36,343 bases of DNA from an uncultured bacterium (GTDB lineage: Bacteria > Bacillota > Clostridia > Lachnospirales > Lachnospiraceae). The notes under the pieces were generated by a model that was not told where the DNA came from, did no database searches, and was given only the letters and a program-made list of their open reading frames with translations. The first letter of the stretch is position 1. Every line of letters starts with the position of its first letter. Position numbers and translations under genes: made by a program. Below, in pieces: positions 1-9,310 of the stretch. The stretch is taken from contig CAMGRE010000001.1 in the NCBI GenBank assembly GCA_946061355.1, forward strand, positions 1-36,343, in the 5' to 3' direction.

Positions 1-2
1 AT

Positions 3-692
3 CTTTTAACAAATCTCTTTTATCTGCCGACCGACGAGTGGGGAGATGACGCAGTGAGAATGACCAATGTGGGAGTGGGCACAGTGATCATTGTGATCAT
101 TGCACTCATTGTGGCAGCACTGATCGTGTATCGTATCCAGTCCGGAAAGAAATCAACTAAGATCACAGCAAAGCAGCTTGCTTTTTCCGCGATGGCTGTC
201 GCACTTGCCGTGGTTACGTCTATGATTAAGATTATTGATATGCCTATGGGCGGTTCCGTGACACTTTTTAGTATGCTCTTTATCGTATTGATCGGATACT
301 GGTATGGTCCTTTTGTCGGTATTATGACAGGCATGGCATATGGACTGATTCAGTTTGTGTTAGAACCGATCTTTTATACAATCCCGCAGATGCTGGTGGA
401 TTATCCACTCGCATTTGGAGCGCTTGGTCTGTCCGGTTTTTTTGCCGGAAAGAAGAGAGGACTGGCTTTGGGCTACATAGTCGGTGTTCTTGGCAGATAC
501 GTGTTTGCATTCCTTTCAGGCGTTCTTTTCTTTGCGGCCTATGCTCCGGAAGAGATGGGAGCGGTCATTTATTCCCTTGTCTATAATGGCTCTTATCTGC
601 TCACGGAAGGAATCATTACTTTAATCATTATCTGTCTGCCGCCGATGGCAAAAGCGATGGAACGGATCAGACAGCTGGCAACTGAAGAATAA
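3..692 (+). CDS. thiT: Energy-coupling factor S-component, thiamine transporter ThiT family (5' end probably outside window)
   Basis: Multi-TM protein with MPMGGSVT, GYWYG, GLIQF, LVDYPLAF, SGVLFF and YSLVYNGSY motifs typical of ThiT. The frame is open back to position 3 (LLTNLFYLPTDEWGDDAV...), so the GTG at 54 is probably not the true start. Confidence 0.85.
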   Translation, partial: LLTNLFYLPTDEWGDDAVRMTNVGVGTVIIVIIALIVAALIVYRIQSGKKSTKITAKQLAFSAMAVALAVVTSMIKIIDMPMGGSVTLFSMLFIVLIGYWYGPFVGIMTGMAYGLIQFVLEPIFYTIPQMLVDYPLAFGALGLSGFFAGKKRGLALGYIVGVLGRYVFAFLSGVLFFAAYAPEEMGAVIYSLVYNGSYLLTEGIITLIIICLPPMAKAMERIRQLATEE

Positions 693-718
693 AGAAGCGT
701 AAAATGTTAGAAAAAGAG

Positions 719-747
719 TTGCATTTCCGATTTTACGGTGCTACAAT
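719..747 (+). promoter_or_regulatory. Sigma-A promoter of the rimP-nusA-infB operon
   Basis: TTGCAT (719-724), 17-nt spacer, TACAAT (742-747), with extended -10 TG at 739-740. Confidence 0.8.
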
Positions 748-771
748 AACTATGATGTAAATAAGGATGAT

Positions 772-803
772 AAGAAAGAGTGGTTGACAAACCACTCTTT
801 CTT
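772..803 (+). promoter_or_regulatory. rimP leader hairpin (attenuator-like)
   Basis: Perfect 14-bp inverted repeat AAGAAAGAGTGGTT-gaca-AACCACTCTTTCTT between the promoter and the rimP RBS. A GAGTGG/CCACTC hairpin is a widely conserved element upstream of rimP. Confidence 0.75.
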
Positions 804-826
804 GTTGAATAGGGAGAGGTGAGACA

Positions 827-1288
827 GTGGCAAAAAGAGATTATGAGAGCCGCACGGAGGAATTGCTCACGCCGATAGCGGAGGCCGTGGGAGTGTCCGT
901 CTATGACGTAGAGTATGTCAAAGAGGGGAGCGACTGGTATCTGCGGTGCTACATTGATAAGCCGGACGGTGTGACTATTCAGGATTGTGAGACGGTGAGC
1001 AGAGCACTTTCTGACCGACTGGATGAGGAGGATTACATTGCGGACGCTTACATTCTGGAGGTCAGCAGTCCGGGACTCGGCAGAACTTTGAAGAAGGATA
1101 AACATCTTGCAAAGAGTATCGGACAGGAAGTGGAAGTAAAGACTTATAAGCCGATTGAGAAACAGAAGGAATTTTCCGGAATCCTGAGAGCATTTGACCA
1201 GGACACCGTTACGATAGAGACACAAACCGGCGAGGTGCAGTTTGACAGGAGTGATGTGGCACTCATCAGACTGGCGCTGGATTTTTAG
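827..1288 (+). CDS. rimP: Ribosome maturation factor RimP
   Basis: YIDKPDGVTIQDCE and YILEVSSPGL motifs; GTG start after GGAGAGG; directly upstream of nusA. Confidence 0.97.
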   Translation: MAKRDYESRTEELLTPIAEAVGVSVYDVEYVKEGSDWYLRCYIDKPDGVTIQDCETVSRALSDRLDEEDYIADAYILEVSSPGLGRTLKKDKHLAKSIGQEVEVKTYKPIEKQKEFSGILRAFDQDTVTIETQTGEVQFDRSDVALIRLALDF

Positions 1289-1330
1289 AGAGATAAGAGA
1301 AAACAACCAAGTTTAGGAGGAAACTGGAAA

Positions 1331-2497
1331 ATGAACAAAGAATTGATGGAAGCACTGAACATTTTGGAAAAAGAAAAGGAGATCAGTAAGGAGACGCTGT
1401 TCGAGGCGATTGAGAATTCCCTGCTGACAGCCTGCAAGAACCATTTCGGAAAGGCTGACAATATCAAGGTGGAAATCGACCGTGACACCTGTGATTTCCT
1501 TTGCTATGCGGAGAAGGAGATCGTGGAAGAGGTGGAGGATGACTGTCTGCAGATCTCTCTTGAGGATGCACAGGCAATCTCTAAGAACGCACAGCTTGGA
1601 GATATCATTCATGTGGAGATCAAATCCAAGGAATTCGGCAGAATCGCAACGCAGAATGCCAAGAATGTGATCCTTCAGAAGATCCGCGAGGAAGAGAGAA
1701 GCGTGATCTATAATCAGTATTTTGAGAAGGAAAAGGATGTTGTGACAGGTGTGGTACAAAGATACCTGGGCAGAAACATCAGCATTAATCTGGGTAAGGC
1801 AGACGCCATCCTGAACGAGAGCGAGCAGGTGAAGGGCGAGGTATTCAAGGCGACCGAGAGAATTAAAGTCTATATTCTGGAAGTGAAGAATACACCTAAA
1901 GGACCGAGAATTCTGGTAAGCCGTACCCATCCGGAACTGGTGAAACGCCTTTTTGAGGAAGAGGTGACAGAGATCAAGGACGGTACCGTGGAGATCAAGA
2001 GTATTGCCAGAGAGGCGGGAAGCAGAACAAAGCTGGCGGTATGGTCCAACAATCCCAACGTGGATGCTGTCGGCGCCTGCGTCGGCATGAACGGCGCCAG
2101 AGTCAATGCCATTGTGGAGGAACTGCGCGGCGAGAAGATTGATATCATCAACTGGGATGAGAATCCCGGCAATCTGATCCAGAACGCACTGTCTCCGGCA
2201 AAGATCGTGGCTGTTTTTGCTGATCCGGATGAGAAGACCGCTAAGGTCGTAGTGCCTGATTATCAGCTTTCCCTTGCAATCGGCAAGGAGGGACAGAATG
2301 CCAGACTGGCTGCCAAGCTGACCGGTTATAAGATCGATATCAAGAGTGAGACGCAGGCAAAGGATACTCCCGGCTTCCGTTACGAGGATTATGTGGATGA
2401 CGAGTATGATGAGGAAGAGTATGACGAGGAGTATCAGGGCGAGTATGAGGAAGGAGAGTATGTAGAGGAAGAGACATACGAATCCGAGGATGAGTAA
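1331..2497 (+). CDS. nusA: Transcription termination/antitermination factor NusA
   Basis: FGRIATQNAK, AREAGSRTK, VGACVG and LSLAIGKEGQNARLAAKLTG motifs; AGGAGG RBS. Confidence 0.99.
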   Translation: MNKELMEALNILEKEKEISKETLFEAIENSLLTACKNHFGKADNIKVEIDRDTCDFLCYAEKEIVEEVEDDCLQISLEDAQAISKNAQLGDIIHVEIKSKEFGRIATQNAKNVILQKIREEERSVIYNQYFEKEKDVVTGVVQRYLGRNISINLGKADAILNESEQVKGEVFKATERIKVYILEVKNTPKGPRILVSRTHPELVKRLFEEEVTEIKDGTVEIKSIAREAGSRTKLAVWSNNPNVDAVGACVGMNGARVNAIVEELRGEKIDIINWDENPGNLIQNALSPAKIVAVFADPDEKTAKVVVPDYQLSLAIGKEGQNARLAAKLTGYKIDIKSETQAKDTPGFRYEDYVDDEYDEEEYDEEYQGEYEEGEYVEEETYESEDE

Positions 2498-2762
2498 AAA
2501 AATTCCCATGAGACAGTGTGTGGGCTGTGGTGAGATGAAGAGCAAAAAAGAGATGATGCGCGTGCTAAAAACAGCGGAGGATCACATTGTCCTGGATGTA
2601 ACCGGTAAAAAGAACGGGAGAGGCGCTTATCTGTGTATTTCCGCAGAATGCCTGAAAAAGGCGCGGAAAAACAAGGGTCTGGAGCGTTCCTTCCACATGA
2701 GCATTCCGGAAGAAATTTATGAGAGTCTGGAAAAGGAGCTTGAGGACAGTGGTGCAAAATAA
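2490..2762 (+). CDS. rnpM: YlxR/RnpM family RNA-binding protein (RNase P modulator)
   Basis: KKIPMRQCVGC and GKKNGRGAYLC motifs; conserved position after nusA, overlapping it. Confidence 0.93.
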   Translation: MSKKIPMRQCVGCGEMKSKKEMMRVLKTAEDHIVLDVTGKKNGRGAYLCISAECLKKARKNKGLERSFHMSIPEEIYESLEKELEDSGAK

Positions 2763-3063
2763 AGTTTTTTCCCTGTTGGGGCTTGCGGCGAGGTCGCGCA
2801 ATGTGGTCAGCGGCGAGTTCGCAACGGAAAAAGCGGTCAAGGACGGGAAAGCCTGTCTGGTGATCGTCAGCGAGGAAGCATCGGATAATACCAAAAAGAT
2901 GTTTCAAAATATGTGCAGCTTTTATGAAGTCCCTCTTCGGCTTTACGGCGGCAAGGAAGAACTCGGTCATTGTATCGGAAAAGAGATGAGAGCATCTCTT
3001 GCAGTGACAAATGAAGGATTTGCATCAAATATCATAAAAAATCTGGAATGTGAAGATAACTAA
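2749..3063 (+). CDS. ylxQ: L7Ae/YlxQ family RNA-binding protein
   Basis: [15 protein letters not shown] and ASDNTKK motifs; lies between ylxR and infB. Start is GTG at 2749 or 2752, after AAGGAG/GAGG. Confidence 0.9.
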   Translation: MVQNKVFSLLGLAARSRNVVSGEFATEKAVKDGKACLVIVSEEASDNTKKMFQNMCSFYEVPLRLYGGKEELGHCIGKEMRASLAVTNEGFASNIIKNLECEDN

Positions 3064-3077
3064 TGGAGGTAGCGAGC

Positions 3078-5921
3078 ATGGCGAAAGTGAAAGTACATGA
3101 ACTTGCAAAAGAACTGGAAAAGCAGAGCAAAGAAATTGTTGCTTTTTTACAGAATAAAGGAATTGAGGTAAAAGCGGCACAGAGCTCCGTTGAGGATGAT
3201 GTGGCAGATATGGTGAGAAAGGAATTCGGAGCAAAACGGACTTCGACGCCAAAGACCGAGGCAACGGAGAAGAAAGCCGGGACAGCAGAACCAAAGGCTG
3301 AAGCAGTGGAGAAGAAAGCCGAGGCGGAGGATAAACCCGCAAAGGCAGAGGAAGGCAAGACAGAAAAAACTGCAGATGCGCCGAAACAGTCGGAGGAACA
3401 GAAGCAGCCGGTACACAAGGCAGAGGCACCTGTAAAGAAGAAAAAGAACATTATTTTTGTCAGCAATCCCCACAACAGCAAGATGCAGGGCGGACAGAGA
3501 TCTCCCATGGGAAATGACAGAAGAAGTAATAACAACGGCAATAACAGTGGAATTCGCAGACCGCTGATCCGGCCTTTGACACCGCCATCGCCCACGCCTT
3601 CCGTAGATATGGTCAAGAGCAATCCTCAGCCGAGAAGGCAGGAGAGACCGCAGACCGCACCGGAGAGCAGAATGCAGGGTGCTCAGGAGAGGCCGCAGGG
3701 AACACAGGATAACAGAGGAACCAGGCCGCTTCAGGAGAGAAAACTTGCGGACAACAGAGACAGAAGAGTGCAGGAAAGGACGGGAGGCAGTTATGATAAC
3801 AGAAACCGTCAGACGGACAATCGCACAGGCAATACAGGTTATAACAGGGATCGCAGCGCTACTGCGGGCAGTGGGGATCGTAATCGGAGCTTTAACAATA
3901 GCGGACGCCCTGAGAGAGGAAATGGCAGAGAGGACAATCGATTCCGCAAGCCTGCGCCGGGTAAGGGATTTGCTCCCGACACACCGATCAAAGAAGTAGA
4001 GAAGCCGCATAGAGACGAGGGAAAGCGCCGTCAGGATCAGGAGAGAGATAAGCGTTCCAGAAAGGATGCAATCTACGAGGACGGCAATGAGAAGGGAAAA
4101 GGAAAAGGCAACAAGCCGGGCCGGTTTATCAAGCCTGAGAAGAAGGTAGAGGAGAAACAGGAAGAGCAGATCAAGACGATCACTCTGCCCGAGACACTGA
4201 CGATCAAAGAACTTGCCGATAAGATGAAGATACAGCCTTCCGCAATCGTGAAGAAGCTGTTTATGCAGGGACAGATCGTTACAGTCAATCAGGAGATCAG
4301 TTTTGAGACTGCAGAGGAAATTGCGATCGAATACGAGATCATCTGTGAGAAGGAAATCAAGGTGGATGTGATCGAGGAGCTTCTGAAAGAGGAGGAGGAG
4401 AATCCTGAGGATATGACTCCGAGACCTCCGGTTATCTGTGTTATGGGTCATGTTGATCACGGTAAGACGTCTCTGCTCGATGCGATCCGTAAGACGAACG
4501 TCACGGACAGAGAGGCAGGCGGTATCACACAGCATATCGGTGCATATACCGTCAATGTGAACGATCAGAAGATCACATTCCTCGATACACCGGGACACGA
4601 GGCGTTCACCGCGATGCGTATGCGCGGCGCAAATTCAACGGATATCGCGATCCTGGTGGTGGCTGCGGATGACGGTGTTATGCCGCAGACGGTCGAGGCG
4701 ATCAATCACGCAAAGGCTGCAGGAATTGAAATTATCGTAGCGGTGAACAAGGTTGATAAGCCCGGAGCCAATGTGGATCGCGTGAAGCAGGAATTGACGG
4801 AATATGAACTGATCCCGGTAGACTGGGGCGGAAGTACAGAGTTCGTTCCTGTGTCCGCAAAGACCGGAGAGGGATTGGATACGCTGCTTGAGACCATCCT
4901 GCTGACCGCGGAGATTCTCGAACTGAAAGCGAATGCAAAGCGTCGTGCGAGAGGTCTCGTGATCGAGGCAGAGCTTGACAGAGGACGCGGTCCTGTGGCT
5001 ACGGTTCTGGTTCAGAAGGGTACATTACATGTAGGTGATTTTGTGTCCGCAGGTTCCGCTCACGGTAAGGTTCGTGCGATGGTGGATGACAAGGGACGCC
5101 GGGTGAAGGAGGCAGGTCCTTCCACACCTGTGGAGATCCTTGGTCTTTCTGATGTGCCGAGCGCGGGAGAGGTTATTATCGCCCATGACAGCGATAAGAC
5201 AGCCAAGTCTTATGCAGAGACATATCTGGCACAGAATAAGGAGAAAATGCTGGAGGAGACGAAGTCCAAGATGTCTCTGGATGATCTGTTTACGCAGATC
5301 CAGGCAGGAAATCTGAAGGAATTGAACATTATCGTGAAGGCCGATGTCCAGGGTAGTGTGGAAGCTGTGAAGCAGAGCCTCCTGAAGCTTTCCAACGAGG
5401 AGGTTGTCGTGAAATGTATCCACGGTGGCGTGGGTGCCATCAACGAATCCGACGTTATTCTTGCTTCCGCGTCAAATGCGATTATCATCGGATTTAATGT
5501 GCGTCCCGATGCAACAGCTAAGACGACTGCTGAGCGTGAGGGCGTGGATGTAAGGCTCTATAAGGTTATCTATCAGGCAATCGAGGACGTGGAAGCGGCC
5601 ATGAAGGGTATGCTGGATCCTGTCTTCGAGGAGAAGGTGATCGGACACGCAGAGGTGCGTCAGATCTTCAAGGCATCCGCAGTCGGAAATATCGCAGGTT
5701 CTTATGTGCTTGACGGTGTGTTCCAGAGAGACTGCAGTGTGCGTATTTCCAGAGAAGGCGAGCAGATCTTTGAAGGCAAACTGGCATCCCTGAAGCGTTT
5801 CAAGGATGATGTGAAGGAAGTGAAGTCAGGCTTCGAGTGCGGTCTTGTATTTGAGGGATTTGATCAGATGCAGGAGCTTGATATCGTGGAGGCCTATATT
5901 ATGGTAGAGGTGCCCAGATAG
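3078..5921 (+). CDS. infB: Translation initiation factor IF-2
   Basis: [10 protein letters not shown]-terminus and [16 protein letters not shown] and NKVD GTPase motifs. GGAGGT RBS at 3065-3070 favours the ATG at 3078. Confidence 0.99.
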   Translation: MAKVKVHELAKELEKQSKEIVAFLQNKGIEVKAAQSSVEDDVADMVRKEFGAKRTSTPKTEATEKKAGTAEPKAEAVEKKAEAEDKPAKAEEGKTEKTADAPKQSEEQKQPVHKAEAPVKKKKNIIFVSNPHNSKMQGGQRSPMGNDRRSNNNGNNSGIRRPLIRPLTPPSPTPSVDMVKSNPQPRRQERPQTAPESRMQGAQERPQGTQDNRGTRPLQERKLADNRDRRVQERTGGSYDNRNRQTDNRTGNTGYNRDRSATAGSGDRNRSFNNSGRPERGNGREDNRFRKPAPGKGFAPDTPIKEVEKPHRDEGKRRQDQERDKRSRKDAIYEDGNEKGKGKGNKPGRFIKPEKKVEEKQEEQIKTITLPETLTIKELADKMKIQPSAIVKKLFMQGQIVTVNQEISFETAEEIAIEYEIICEKEIKVDVIEELLKEEEENPEDMTPRPPVICVMGHVDHGKTSLLDAIRKTNVTDREAGGITQHIGAYTVNVNDQKITFLDTPGHEAFTAMRMRGANSTDIAILVVAADDGVMPQTVEAINHAKAAGIEIIVAVNKVDKPGANVDRVKQELTEYELIPVDWGGSTEFVPVSAKTGEGLDTLLETILLTAEILELKANAKRRARGLVIEAELDRGRGPVATVLVQKGTLHVGDFVSAGSAHGKVRAMVDDKGRRVKEAGPSTPVEILGLSDVPSAGEVIIAHDSDKTAKSYAETYLAQNKEKMLEETKSKMSLDDLFTQIQAGNLKELNIIVKADVQGSVEAVKQSLLKLSNEEVVVKCIHGGVGAINESDVILASASNAIIIGFNVRPDATAKTTAEREGVDVRLYKVIYQAIEDVEAAMKGMLDPVFEEKVIGHAEVRQIFKASAVGNIAGSYVLDGVFQRDCSVRISREGEQIFEGKLASLKRFKDDVKEVKSGFECGLVFEGFDQMQELDIVEAYIMVEVPR

Positions 5922-5952
5922 GATATCCGGGCAGTCGGAAAAGGGTAAATAA

Positions 5953-6336
5953 ATGAGAAAGAATAGTGTAAAAAATACACGGATCAACGGCGAGGTGCAG
6001 CGGGTACTGGCAGAGATCATCCGGGGAGAGATCAAGGATCCCCGCATTGCTCCGCTCACCTCGGTGGTGGCGGTGGAAGTGGCGCCGGATCTGAAGAGCT
6101 GTAAGGCGTGGATCAGTGTGTTGGGAGACACAAAGGCACAGGAGGATACACTGGCAGGCTTAAAAAGTGCGGAGGGCTTTATCCGCAGCAAGCTTGCAAA
6201 GGAGATCAATCTGCGCAATACACCGGAGATCCGCTTTGTACTGGATCAGTCCATCGAGTATGGTGTGAATATGTCCAGAAAGATTGACGAGATCAATAAT
6301 GGGGAATTCGGACAGAATTCCGAAAGCAAAGATTGA
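5953..6336 (+). CDS. rbfA: 30S ribosome-binding factor A
   Basis: IKDPRI and LRNTPEIRFVLDQSIEYG motifs; follows infB. Confidence 0.98.
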   Translation: MRKNSVKNTRINGEVQRVLAEIIRGEIKDPRIAPLTSVVAVEVAPDLKSCKAWISVLGDTKAQEDTLAGLKSAEGFIRSKLAKEINLRNTPEIRFVLDQSIEYGVNMSRKIDEINNGEFGQNSESKD

Positions 6337-6357
6337 TATTTATAGGGAAGTGATTGT

Positions 6358-7320
6358 ATGTTTCAGTTGACAGAAGAGATAAAAGGCGCCCGCTCGATCG
6401 GTATCAGCGGGCATATCAGACCGGACGGGGACTGTGTCGGCTCGGCGATGGCATTGTATTTGTATTTACAAAAGATTGCGGAAGCGGGGACGGAGGTAAG
6501 CGTATATCTGGAGCAGCCTCCGGAAACGTTCGGCGCGATCAAGGGAATAGAGCAGATACAGACTGAGGCGCCGGAGGATAAGGTGTATGATGTGTTCTTC
6601 GCACTGGACTGCGAGAAGAGCAGACTCGGATTCGCGGAGAAACTGTTCGGGCAGGCAAAGAAAACGATCAATGTGGATCATCATATCAGCAATCTCGGAT
6701 GCGGCAAGGTGAATTATGTTGTGCCGACCGCCAGTTCCACAAGTGAACTTGTATACGATCTGCTTGACAGGGAGTACATGGACCGGGATATTGCCATGGC
6801 GATTTACATCGGGATCATTCATGATACCGGTGTGTTCCAGTATTCCAACACATCGCCGAAGACCATGAGGATTGCAGCCGACCTGCTGGAATACGGTTTT
6901 GATTTCTCAACTCTGATAGAGGAAACGTTTTATCAGAAGACGTACTGGCAGAATCAGATCATGGGCAGAGCGCTGCTCGAGAGCATTATGTTCTTAGGCG
7001 GCAGATGCATCGTCAGTGCGGTGGACCGCAAGCTGATGGAGTTTTATCATGCGACACCGAAAGATCTGGATGGAATCGTGAACCAGCTGAAGATCATCAA
7101 AGGCGTGGAATGTGCCGTCTTTATGTACGAGACGGATATTCTGGAATACAAGGTGAGCATGCGTTCGACCGACAGGGTAGATGTCGCAAAGGTTGCCTCA
7201 TACTTTGGGGGCGGAGGACATAAAAAGGCGGCGGGATGTACCATGAAAGGGACATTCCACGATGTGATCAACAATCTGTCTCTACATATTGAGAAACAGT
7301 TAGATGGGGAAGCAAATTGA
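6358..7320 (+). CDS. nrnA: DHH/DHHA1 bifunctional oligoribonuclease / PAP phosphatase NrnA
   Basis: HIRPDGDCVGS, NVDHH, DTGVF and GGGGHKKAAG motifs; conserved rbfA-nrnA-truB order. Confidence 0.92.
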   Translation: MFQLTEEIKGARSIGISGHIRPDGDCVGSAMALYLYLQKIAEAGTEVSVYLEQPPETFGAIKGIEQIQTEAPEDKVYDVFFALDCEKSRLGFAEKLFGQAKKTINVDHHISNLGCGKVNYVVPTASSTSELVYDLLDREYMDRDIAMAIYIGIIHDTGVFQYSNTSPKTMRIAADLLEYGFDFSTLIEETFYQKTYWQNQIMGRALLESIMFLGGRCIVSAVDRKLMEFYHATPKDLDGIVNQLKIIKGVECAVFMYETDILEYKVSMRSTDRVDVAKVASYFGGGGHKKAAGCTMKGTFHDVINNLSLHIEKQLDGEAN

Positions 7321-8267
7321 TTAACGGTATCATTAATGTATACAAAGAAAGGGGCTTTACTTCCCATGATGTGGTGGCAAAGCTTCGCGGGATTTTAAAA
7401 CAGAAAAAGATCGGACACACGGGAACGCTGGATCCGGAGGCGGAGGGCGTGCTCCCGGTGTGTCTCGGAAACGGAACAAAACTTTGTGACATGCTCACGG
7501 ACAGGAGCAAGGAGTATGTTGCAGAGTTTTTGTTAGGTATATCCACGGATACGCAGGATACAACGGGAACTGTGCTGATGCAAAAAGAGGTTGACATAAC
7601 ACCCGAACAACTACGTGAGGCAGCACAGTCCTTTGTCGGGGAGTATGATCAGATCCCACCGATGTATTCGGCATGTAAGGTAAACGGAAAGAGGCTTTAT
7701 GAGCTGGCAAGACAGGGAAAAGAAGTGGAAAGACAGCCGCGCAGAGTGGTGATCGAAGCATTAGAGATTCTGGAAACAGACTTTCCGGAGGGCAGCACAG
7801 GAGAAACCGTCGAAGACGGCCTGAACCTGCCCCGGATCAAAATCCGGGTGGTTTGTTCCAAGGGAACCTATATCAGGACGCTGTGTCATGATATCGGGCA
7901 AAAACTTGGCTGCGGGGCAGCCATGGACAGTCTTCTCCGCACCAGAGTCGGAAGTTTTGTCGTGGAGGATGCCATGCGGCTGTCACAGATTGAGGAATGG
8001 GCGCATGGAGAGCAGCAGACGCCCATCTGGATTCCGGTGGACCGGATGTTTGAATCACTTCCCGGCGCTTTTGTGACGGGAAGCGGCATTAAGGCTGTAC
8101 AGAACGGCAATTTTCTGTTTCCGGATCAGCTTGTGCTGTCACAGGCAGAAGCAGTCTGCAGACACGGGGAAGAGATCCGTGTCTATGACAGGGATGGAAA
8201 ATTTTATGGGATCTATGGGTATGATCGGGAGAAGAAAGGGTTTCGACCGGTAAAGATGTTTCTGTGA
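7317..8267 (+). CDS. truB: tRNA pseudouridine(55) synthase TruB
   Basis: TSHDVV, GHTGTLDP, PPMYSA and CSKGTYIRTL motifs; TTG start overlaps the nrnA stop. Confidence 0.98.
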   Translation: MINGIINVYKERGFTSHDVVAKLRGILKQKKIGHTGTLDPEAEGVLPVCLGNGTKLCDMLTDRSKEYVAEFLLGISTDTQDTTGTVLMQKEVDITPEQLREAAQSFVGEYDQIPPMYSACKVNGKRLYELARQGKEVERQPRRVVIEALEILETDFPEGSTGETVEDGLNLPRIKIRVVCSKGTYIRTLCHDIGQKLGCGAAMDSLLRTRVGSFVVEDAMRLSQIEEWAHGEQQTPIWIPVDRMFESLPGAFVTGSGIKAVQNGNFLFPDQLVLSQAEAVCRHGEEIRVYDRDGKFYGIYGYDREKKGFRPVKMFL

Positions 8268-8299
8268 AAAACAGCGGACTAGAGAGGACAGAAAACGGA

Positions 8300-9217
8300 A
8301 TGCAGTTGATACAGGGAACAACGGAATTTAAACTGACACAGCCATCAGCCGTGGCGGTAGGAAAATTTGACGGCATACACAGAGGACACAAGCAGCTGCT
8401 TGACAGGATCATCCGGAAGAAAGAGGACGGTATGCAGGCGGTCGTCTTTACGTTTGATCCGTCTCCGGCAGTCTTCTTTGGAAAGCAGCCGGTGCGCAGT
8501 GTGACAACACGCGCGGAAAAACGCCGGATCTTTGAGCGTATGGGGATTGACGTACTGATCGAGTTCCCGTTGACGCACGAGACTGCCTCCATGTCTCCGG
8601 AAAGGTTTGTGGAATCTGTTCTGGTCGATAAAATGTATACATCCTATGTTGCTGCAGGGACGGATGTGTCGTTCGGAGCAGGTGGCAGGGGGGATTATGC
8701 ATTGCTTGTCTCTCTTGGCAGAAGGCATGGGTTCACGGTTGAGATCCTTGACAAGATCTGTGTGGACGGCAGGGAGATCAGTTCCAGCTTTGTTCGGGAG
8801 GAACTGGAGAAGGGTAATATGGAGCGGGTCACAGAATTGATCGGTGCCCCGTACAGTATCACGGGAACAGTGGTTCACGGCAAAAGGCTTGGCAGAACGA
8901 TCGGAATGCCGACGGTAAATCTGATTCCGGATGCGGATAAGCTGCTGCCGCCGAACGGGGTCTACTATTCACAGGTGTCGTACCGGGGAGATCATTACAG
9001 AAGTATCAGCAATATCGGCTGCAAGCCCACGGTGAGTAACGAGAATGTTATGGGGGTGGAGACGTATCTGTATGATTTTGCGGAGGATATCTACGGAAAA
9101 GACATTATCGTGAATCTATTTTCCTTTAAGCGTCCCGAAATGAAATTTTCTTCTCTGGAGGAGCTGAAAAGCCAGATGCAGAAAGATATTGCGGAAGGTG
9201 CGAAGTGGGACTTGTAA
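8300..9217 (+). CDS. ribF: Bifunctional riboflavin kinase / FAD synthetase
   Basis: GKFDGIHRGH, ISSSFVR, GRTIGMPTVN, PPNGVY and RPEMKF motifs. ATG at 8300 preferred over GTG at 8264. Confidence 0.97.
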   Translation: MQLIQGTTEFKLTQPSAVAVGKFDGIHRGHKQLLDRIIRKKEDGMQAVVFTFDPSPAVFFGKQPVRSVTTRAEKRRIFERMGIDVLIEFPLTHETASMSPERFVESVLVDKMYTSYVAAGTDVSFGAGGRGDYALLVSLGRRHGFTVEILDKICVDGREISSSFVREELEKGNMERVTELIGAPYSITGTVVHGKRLGRTIGMPTVNLIPDADKLLPPNGVYYSQVSYRGDHYRSISNIGCKPTVSNENVMGVETYLYDFAEDIYGKDIIVNLFSFKRPEMKFSSLEELKSQMQKDIAEGAKWDL

Positions 9218-9240
9218 CTTTTGGGATTATCACTTAAAAT
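9212..9240 (+). promoter_or_regulatory. Putative sigma-A promoter for the Na/Pi cotransporter
   Basis: TTGTAA (9212-9217, includes the ribF stop codon), 17-nt spacer, TAAAAT (9235-9240). Confidence 0.55.
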
Positions 9241-9310
9241 GAAAAATAGGGTAAAACCGTAGGATAGAAAACACGATCAAAGCAAAAAGAAAATAAAGGG
9301 GTACGGCAGG

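Noticed and set aside
3240-4170. Low-complexity K/E/A- and R/N/G-rich stretch in IF-2
   Set aside because: This is the normal variable N-terminal linker of IF-2; there is no discrete nucleotide repeat array and no clear internal RBS for a shorter isoform.
1313-4598. Long antisense ORFs (410 aa at 1313-2545 and 483 aa at 3147-4598), plus similar ones opposite the Na/Pi transporter, pnp, prfC and dxs
   Set aside because: They are shadow frames of well-conserved sense genes, with no recognisable motifs or supporting RBS; codon bias explains the lack of stops.
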